Source: Eledone cirrhosa (taxonomy: Eukaryota). Taken from it: DNA of 64,000 nt. The notes beneath the pieces were generated by a model. That model was not told the DNA's origin and searched no databases. It saw nothing but the letters and a program-made list of their open reading frames with translations. Location of the stretch: NCBI GenBank assembly GCA_964016885.1, contig OZ024740.1:240870001-240934000 (forward strand), given 5' to 3'. Shown piece after piece: positions 62,219 through 64,000 of the stretch. Position 1 is the first letter of the stretch. Each line of letters starts with the position of its first letter. A program made the position numbers and the translations under genes.

Positions 62219-64000
62219 ATTGCTGTTCGTATGCAGGCATCATACAGTCTGCCTTTCATTTTTAGAGAGAAACCTTTAGCGGCCAATAGTGGTATAAGCT
62301 CTCTGAACTTTTTCCATCCCGTTCTGACTCTAGCTACTGTACTTTCAGAGCACCCTCCACCACTGCTGATTTTGTCACCCAGGTAACGGAAGGTGTCCAC
62401 TATTTCTATAGAACCATCTGTGCAATGGAATGGGCTAGTATTCTGTGGGCACTTGTCGCTACTTATTGCACCTGAGCACCGGCCACATATAAAATCTATA
62501 TTCTTAGTTAACTTACCTGTGATCCCACTACATCTTTTATGCACCCATACTTTGCATTTGGGACATAAAATGGAGTTTCTGCCTACTCCTTTCCTACACA
62601 CTGAGCATGGCCATTTCCCAGATGGGACCAGTGCCCTATTTTCCTTCCTACATACTAGAACTTTAGTCTTAGACAAGTTAATTTTAAGGCCTTTTGATTC
62701 TAGGCCATGCTTCCATGTTTGGAATTTCTTCTCTAGTTCAGCCATTGATTCAGCTATAAGCGTTAGATCATCAGCGTATAGGAGTTCCCATGGGCAGCTG
62801 GTCTTGAACTCCTCTGTTATAAGCCTGAAGGGCAATAATAAATAGGAAGGGGCTAAGGACGGAGCCCTGATGAACACCAACTTTTACGCTAAACTCTTCA
62901 CTATATTCGTTGTTAATTCTAACCTTGCTGACTGTTTCTTTATACATGGCTTGTATAGCTCTCACAAGCCATTCATCAACACCTAGTTTTCTGAGAGCCC
63001 ACCAGATAATGGGGCGTGGGACTCTGTCAATGGCTTTCTCCAAGTCAACAAAAGCTAAGTATAGGGGTTTACCTTTAGCTAGGTACTTCTCCTGTAGTTG
63101 TCGTACAATGAAAAGAGCATCTGTGGTACTTTTACCTGACACAAACCCAAACTGCATTTCATCCAGATCAATTCGCTCTCTGATTAGTTGCGCTATTACT
63201 TTTTCTGTGACCTTCATGACCTGGTCATTTAATTGAATGCCTCTATAGTTTCGCCTATCTAGGGTATCTCCTTTACCCTTGTAGCAGTTAAGGATGATGC
63301 TGCTATGCCAGTCCTTTGGGACAACCCCATTCTGTATGACTTGGTTTACTATCTGGGTGACCATAGTGTGTCCCACCGTTCCAGATGCTTTCAGCATTTC
63401 AGCAACTATTTCCGAAGGCCCAGCCATTAAGGACACACTTCTCGCCGACAATATCACGGTTTTCCTTGACACATTGCCTAGCAATCCTGAACACCTCACG
63501 TTTTTGGTCCTCGAGTTGTAGAACATACTTGAACTTTCTTTCCTCTGCTTCCCCTCTTGCGAAGTACACTTGTCTCCTAGCTTCCCTCTTGGCCACTTGA
63601 TAGTCTTCTCTACTTCTCCCATCCCGCCATACTGTCCAACCCTGCTTTTTGGCCTTGATTGACTCCTCCACCTTACTGTTCCACCACCACATTACTCTCC
63701 TTTTGCCTATAGGTCTGCTCCAGCCACTGACTTCATCTGTCGCCTTCAGCAGGTTAGCTTTCAGGAATTCTCACTGTTCCTCTATATTGTACGACTCTAA
63801 TTGATCTTCCTTACTGTCAAAAGCATCAAATAATAATTCTTTTAAATTTATTACTGGCTGCGGGGTCCTTTAGCTTCCATATTTTTCTCCTGAGGATAGT
63901 CCTCCTCTGTTGTCGAGTACGTCTTGTCCTGACTATGAGGTCGCTAACTATGAGTCTATGTTGGGAGGTGCATTTTTCATGGGGGAGGGATTTAGTGTTT
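62219..64000 (-). mobile_element. RTE LINE, 5' portion of the split element (runs off the window)
   Basis: WWWN, QFGF, FVDLEKA, QGSVLSP and YADD; ends GRLYDACIRTA. Confidence 0.95.

Overview
AT-rich, repeat-dense animal genomic DNA. The SINE families and (TA)n/(CAT)n microsatellites resemble octopus/coleoid cephalopod sequence, but the organism is inferred rather than shown. One convincing host gene is present on the minus strand. It has three coding exons (35237-34793, 33072-32980, 31814-31225; 375 aa), all junctions are GT-AG and phase-compatible, and it looks like a TANK/AZI2(NAP1)/TBKBP1(SINTBAD)-family TBK1 adaptor with C-terminal UBZ-type zinc fingers. Most of the rest is mobile DNA: many RTE-clade LINE copies (one with an open ~620-codon RT frame); R4/Dong, Tx1/L1 and CRE fragments; Penelope-like (PLE) fragments, including Naiad-type GIY-YIG pieces; a Chapaev3-type DNA transposon with a TTA duplication; TTAA MITEs; DINE/HINE-like elements; two tRNA-SINE families; and minisatellites. 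The most notable hidden structure is a set of short non-coding modules set in or beside (TA)n tracts. They include six type I hammerhead-ribozyme-like folds and several fold-back palindromes. At one site a 1.48-kb (TA)n-bounded cassette splits an RTE ORF cleanly at an AT dinucleotide, which suggests these elements create the microsatellites they sit in. All family assignments come from motif recognition by eye; no database searches were run, and the boundaries of degenerate repeats are approximate.
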